Positions 28,505 through 32,000 of a stretch of DNA of 32,000 bases are shown one piece after another; the first letter of the stretch is position 1; every line of letters begins with the position of its first letter. A program made the translations under genes and the position numbers. The stretch spans positions 326,379-358,378 of the forward strand of contig JAPLKZ010000010.1 in NCBI GenBank assembly GCA_026387835.1. Direction: 5' to 3'. The notes beneath the pieces are model-generated. The model worked only from the letters and a program-made list of their open reading frames with translations. It had not been told where the DNA came from and searched no databases. Origin of the DNA: Candidatus Saganbacteria bacterium (GTDB taxonomy: Bacteria > Margulisbacteria > WOR-1 > JAKLHX01).

Positions 28505-28971
28505 TCAGGGGCTTACGTCTTTTCTGGTTAGCGGCTTGTCGATTATCAGGCCCTCACTGCCAAGCGATATCTCACGTTTTCCGTTTATAATTATCTGGAC
28601 CTGCTTTATCCCCTGCAGCGCTGTCAGCGTGTAAACTATCTGGGCGAGGCTTCCATACACTTTTGAAGTCCCTCCTCCGTACATTTCCAGCTCTTTTGTA
28701 AAATCGACGTTGACTATATTGCCCTTTTTATATGCCACCCTGACCTTCGTCCCTTCCGGTATTTGAGAATACAGCCCTTTTGCTTTTTCTTCCGAAGTCG
28801 GGCCCTGGAGCAGCTGCTCGATCGCAAAATAATAAAGGTCGGCTTTTTGGGCCGGGGTCCTTTTTTCGTAACCTTAACTTGCTTTCCCTGCTGCCCGATG
28901 TTCTGCGTAAAGACTATGGCCGCTACCGCGACTACCGCGAGTATTAAAACCGCCCATAACAGCTTTCTCAT
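28505..28971 (-). pseudogene. Membrane-anchored GerMN-domain protein with a frame break in an A6 run
   Basis: The N-terminal frame gives a signal/anchor, MRKLLWAVLILAVVAVAAIVF...VKVTKK. The -1 frame, entered at the A6 run (28861-28866), gives RTPAQKADLYYFAIEQLLQGPTSEEKAKGLYSQIPEGTKVRVAYKKGNIVNVDFTKE...QIVYTLTALQGIKQVQIIINGK, a typical GerMN domain. One extra A would yield a 155-aa protein. Confidence 0.65.
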
Positions 28972-29001
28972 CGAAACCGCCTCCTTTTTGTCATAAATGG
29001 C

Positions 29002-31845
29002 TTAATTCTTCTTGTTTTTCCCTTTTTTTTCTTTCTTGGGGGGTTCGCTTTCCTCTGCTTTTTGTTCTTCTTTGGCCGGGGATTCATTTTCTTCCCTTGG
29101 AACTATTACGATATCAACAACCTTGTCTCCTTCGTCCATCCTCTGGACCCGTACTCCGCTTGCCGCCCTGCCCTGAGAAGATATCGCGTCCGTTTTCTGC
29201 CTGCTCATGGTGCCGTTCTTTGTCGTTATGAGTATCTCGTCACCGGGAAGCACTATAAGAAGCTTTGAAACTTTGTCGCCTTTCCTGAGCTTCATGAGCC
29301 GTATGCCCTTACCGCCGCGGTGCTGTACTCTGAAATGTTTTTCGAGCGTTCTTTTCCCGTATCCGCTTTCTGTTATTCCGAGAAGGCTTGAGCCTTCTTC
29401 AATCACTCCCATCGAGATCACCTTGTCTCCTTTGCTTAAGTTTATCCCCCTTACGCCGCCGGCTGCCCGGCCCATGTCCCTCACGTCCTTTTCTTTGAAC
29501 CTTATGGCTTTGCCTTCTACCGTGACGAGCATTATTTCTCTTGATCCGTCCGTCTCTCTTACCCAGTTGAGTTCGTCTCCGTCTTTAATGCCTATCGCTA
29601 TTATCCCGCTCCTTCTGATGTTCGCAAAATCTTCGAGTGGTGTTTTCTTGATGACCCCGTTCTTGGTTGCCATCATCAGGAATGATTTTTGCTCGAAATC
29701 CTTTACGGGAAGTGCCGATGTGACCACTTCTTTCTCCGCGAGCTGAAGAAAATTGGCGATAGACTGGCCCTTTCCGACCCTGCTTGTTTCCGGTATTTCG
29801 TAAGCTTTGATCTTATAGACCTTCCCTAAATTTGTGAAGAACAGTATAAAGCTTTTTGAGGAGGCTATGATCAGTTTTTCTATCTGGTCCTCCTCTCTCG
29901 TGTTCATCCCCGAGATCCCGCGCCCGCCCCTGTGCTGTGATTTAAAGGTCGTGACCGGCATCCTCTTTATGAACCCGTCCTTGGTGATCGGGATCACGAC
30001 ATCCGTATCCGCGATAAGGTCTTCGATGTCGATATCTTCCGCTCCGGCTCCGATATGCGTACGTCTGTCATCCCCGTATTTTTCGTTGATCTCCCCGAGT
30101 TCTTTTTTTATGATGTCCATTATTTTCTGTTTACTCGCCAATATCGCTTTGAGTTCGGCAATAAGTTTTAATACTGCCTTGTATTCTTCCTGGATCTTCG
30201 TCCTCTCCAGCTGGGTCAGTTTTTGCAGGCGCATGTCAAGGATGGCCTGGGCCTGTATCAGAGACAGACCAAAGCTTTTTATCAGCCCCTGCCTTGCCTC
30301 TTCAACGTTCTTTGAAGCTCTGATCAGCTTGATCGCCTTGTCCAGGTTGTCAAGGCAAATTATCAGACCTTCCAGTATGTGCGCTTCCGTTTCCGCCTTT
30401 TTCAGGTCGAATTTTGCCCTTCTGGTGACAACTTCGTCCCTGTGCTTTATATACTCGGAAAGCATGTCTTTTAATGTAAGAAGCCTCGGTTCTCCGTCCA
30501 CCAGTGCGACGGAGTTGATCCCGAAAGTTGTCTGCATGTTGGTATGCTTATACAGCTGGTTGAGAACGATTTCTTTGTTCGTGTCTCTCTTCAACTCTAT
30601 ATAGACCCTGGTACCGCTCCGGTCGGATTCGTCCCTTAGGTCCGATATTCCCTGCAATTTCTTTTCTTTTACAAGAAAAGCTATCTGCTCTACCAGGTTC
30701 GCTTTGTTGACCTGATAAGGAAGTTCGTTAATAATGATCGCCTCTTTCCCGCTCTTCAGCTCTTCAAAGATCACCTTCGCCCTTATAGTAAGGATCCCTC
30801 TTCCGGTCGTATAGCCGTCCTTTATCCCCTGTCTTCCGCAGATTATCGCGCCTGTCGGGAAGTCGGGGCCTTTGATGATCTTCATCAAGTCTTCGTTCGT
30901 GGCCTCCGGATTGTCGATCAGTTCTACCGCTCCGTTTATGACCTCGGTCAGGTTGTGAGGGGGTATGTTTGTGGCCATGCCGACTGCGATCCCTGAAGAT
31001 CCGTTCACCAAAAGGTTTGGAAATTTTGAAGGGAGGACTTTCGGCTCTTCCAGGGATTCATCAAAGTTGGGCATGAAGTCGACTGTTTCTTTTTCGAGGT
31101 CGGCCAGCATTTCTTCCGCCATCGCCGAAAGACGCGTTTCGGTATATCGCATCGCCGCTGCGCTGTCCCCGTCGACGGAACCGAAATTCCCCTGGCCGTC
31201 TACCAGCATGTACCTTAGAGAAAAGTCTTGCGCCATCCTGACCATCGCATCGTATACCGCCATGTCTCCGTGCGGGTGGTATTTACCAAGGACTTCTCCG
31301 ACAAGTCTGGCGGATTTTTTATGCGGCTTGTTGTGCGCAAGGCCCAGCCCGTCCATAGCGTACAGGATCCTGCGGTGGACCGGTTTTAAGCCGTCGCGGA
31401 CATCCGGCAGCGCGCGCCCCACAATAACGCTCATCGCGTAATCTATGTATGACGAGCGCATTTCGTCTTCTATATTTATTTTATCCGGTCTGGCTTTTGG
31501 CGGGCCGTCATCCCCTGCCGGCGGCAAAGGATCGTTCCCGTCGCTGCCGCCCCCTTCTGTTTTCGTTTTCTCCTGTTTTTTCTTTTTCTCGGGGTTTGTT
31601 TTTGCCGCGCTTTTGGAGGGGCCTTTTTTTGTTTCCTTTTTAAGTTGCTCTTCCTGTCTTTTGTCCGCGATCTTTTTATCTATCTCGCCATCAACTTTGG
31701 CCATGAGCTCTTTCGAAAATTTTTCCTCCGGCTTATCCGGGCCCTTTGTAAAATCTATTTCCTGTAAAAACTCCTCGTCTCCCAATGTCGTTCCCCTTTC
31801 TGTTTGACTGTCGTACGGGCCCCGATCTGATCGGGGCCCCTCCAT
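29002..31845 (-). CDS. gyrA: DNA gyrase subunit A (start uncertain; ~110-aa charged N-terminal extension in the longest ORF)
   Basis: [32 protein letters not shown], the active-site region AAMRYTE, and C-terminal beta-pinwheel repeats. An alternative TTG start at 31785 has an AAAGGGGAA SD. Confidence 0.9.
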   Translation of the reverse strand: MEGPRSDRGPYDSQTERGTTLGDEEFLQEIDFTKGPDKPEEKFSKELMAKVDGEIDKKIADKRQEEQLKKETKKGPSKSAAKTNPEKKKKQEKTKTEGGGSDGNDPLPPAGDDGPPKARPDKINIEDEMRSSYIDYAMSVIVGRALPDVRDGLKPVHRRILYAMDGLGLAHNKPHKKSARLVGEVLGKYHPHGDMAVYDAMVRMAQDFSLRYMLVDGQGNFGSVDGDSAAAMRYTETRLSAMAEEMLADLEKETVDFMPNFDESLEEPKVLPSKFPNLLVNGSSGIAVGMATNIPPHNLTEVINGAVELIDNPEATNEDLMKIIKGPDFPTGAIICGRQGIKDGYTTGRGILTIRAKVIFEELKSGKEAIIINELPYQVNKANLVEQIAFLVKEKKLQGISDLRDESDRSGTRVYIELKRDTNKEIVLNQLYKHTNMQTTFGINSVALVDGEPRLLTLKDMLSEYIKHRDEVVTRRAKFDLKKAETEAHILEGLIICLDNLDKAIKLIRASKNVEEARQGLIKSFGLSLIQAQAILDMRLQKLTQLERTKIQEEYKAVLKLIAELKAILASKQKIMDIIKKELGEINEKYGDDRRTHIGAGAEDIDIEDLIADTDVVIPITKDGFIKRMPVTTFKSQHRGGRGISGMNTREEDQIEKLIIASSKSFILFFTNLGKVYKIKAYEIPETSRVGKGQSIANFLQLAEKEVVTSALPVKDFEQKSFLMMATKNGVIKKTPLEDFANIRRSGIIAIGIKDGDELNWVRETDGSREIMLVTVEGKAIRFKEKDVRDMGRAAGGVRGINLSKGDKVISMGVIEEGSSLLGITESGYGKRTLEKHFRVQHRGGKGIRLMKLRKGDKVSKLLIVLPGDEILITTKNGTMSRQKTDAISSQGRAASGVRVQRMDEGDKVVDIVIVPREENESPAKEEQKAEESEPPKKEKKGKNKKN
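31817..31839. repeat. Perfect 23-nt palindrome at the gyrB/gyrA junction
   Basis: GGGCCCCGATC-T-GATCGGGGCCC has 11-nt arms and begins 7 nt after the gyrB stop codon. Confidence 0.75.
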
Positions 31846-32000
31846 TTATATGTCCAGCCAGCGCACCTTCTTGGCAAACTGCACAATAAAATCTTTTCTG
31901 GGCCCTACTTCGGATCCCATCAGCATCGTAAATATTTCGTCCGCCGTTTCTCCGTCCTCTATGTCCACCTTAAGCATCGTTCTTTTGTCGGGATTCATGG
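31846..32000 (-). CDS. gyrB: DNA gyrase subunit B, C-terminal fragment (5' end outside window)
   Basis: The minus-strand translation ...NPDKRTMLKVDIEDGETADEIFTMLMGSEVGPRKDFIVQFAKKVRWLDI-stop matches the conserved GyrB C-terminus. Confidence 0.85.
   Translation of the reverse strand, partial: MNPDKRTMLKVDIEDGETADEIFTMLMGSEVGPRKDFIVQFAKKVRWLDI

Noticed and set aside
19937-28971. Programmed -1 ribosomal frameshifting as the explanation for both broken genes
   Set aside because: It cannot be excluded, but neither site is a canonical X-XXY-YYZ heptamer with a downstream structure. Both are repaired by adding one base at a short homopolymer, so an indel or assembly error is the more economical reading.
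29062-31807. Series of plus-strand ORFs (68 to 256 aa, e.g. 29834-30604)
   Set aside because: All are antisense to gyrA, with Ser/Leu/Ile/Phe-rich low-complexity translations typical of the reverse frame of a Lys/Glu-rich gene.

Overview
This is a dense, operon-rich chromosomal segment from an anaerobic bacterium. I cannot assign a taxon from the sequence alone, and every call was made by eye from the ORF translations, with no searches run. I recognised no rRNA, tRNA, CRISPR array, transposase, integrase or phage gene. Gene order (s = strand): enolase 3' end and a K+-independent H+-pyrophosphatase (+); a six-gene group 3b (sulfhydrogenase-type) [NiFe]-hydrogenase operon headed by a HypA-like protein with no zinc finger (+); a ferredoxin (+); nrdJ(short)-nrdR-nrdJ(full)-cobO (+); an AT-rich orphan gene with an FGE/SUMF1-like domain (-); a long sulfur operon Rrf2 / metY-cysK-metX-metW-thiS-thiF-membrane Cys-motif protein (-); a frameshifted PPC/DUF296 gene (-); nth (+); a 413-aa unknown (-); gpmI (-); iscR-nifS-nifU-mnmA-nadA (+); VanZ-like (-); a frameshifted GerMN gene (-); gyrA with a charged N-terminal extension (-); and the gyrB 3' end (-). 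The most system-like novelty is a ThiS/ThiF sulfur-carrier pair embedded in a methionine/cysteine operon with no thiamine genes nearby. It is tightly coupled to an uncharacterised membrane protein that carries two WCx3CPxG motifs. Other points worth a second look:
- a truncated NrdJ paralog beside a full-length one, with tandem NrdR boxes only in front of the latter;
- an adenosyltransferase coupled to the AdoCbl-dependent reductase;
- a recurring -10 box / start-codon geometry that suggests leaderless first genes;
- two single-nucleotide frame breaks;
- a perfect 23-nt palindrome at the gyrB/gyrA junction.
I found no canonical defence or mobile system.
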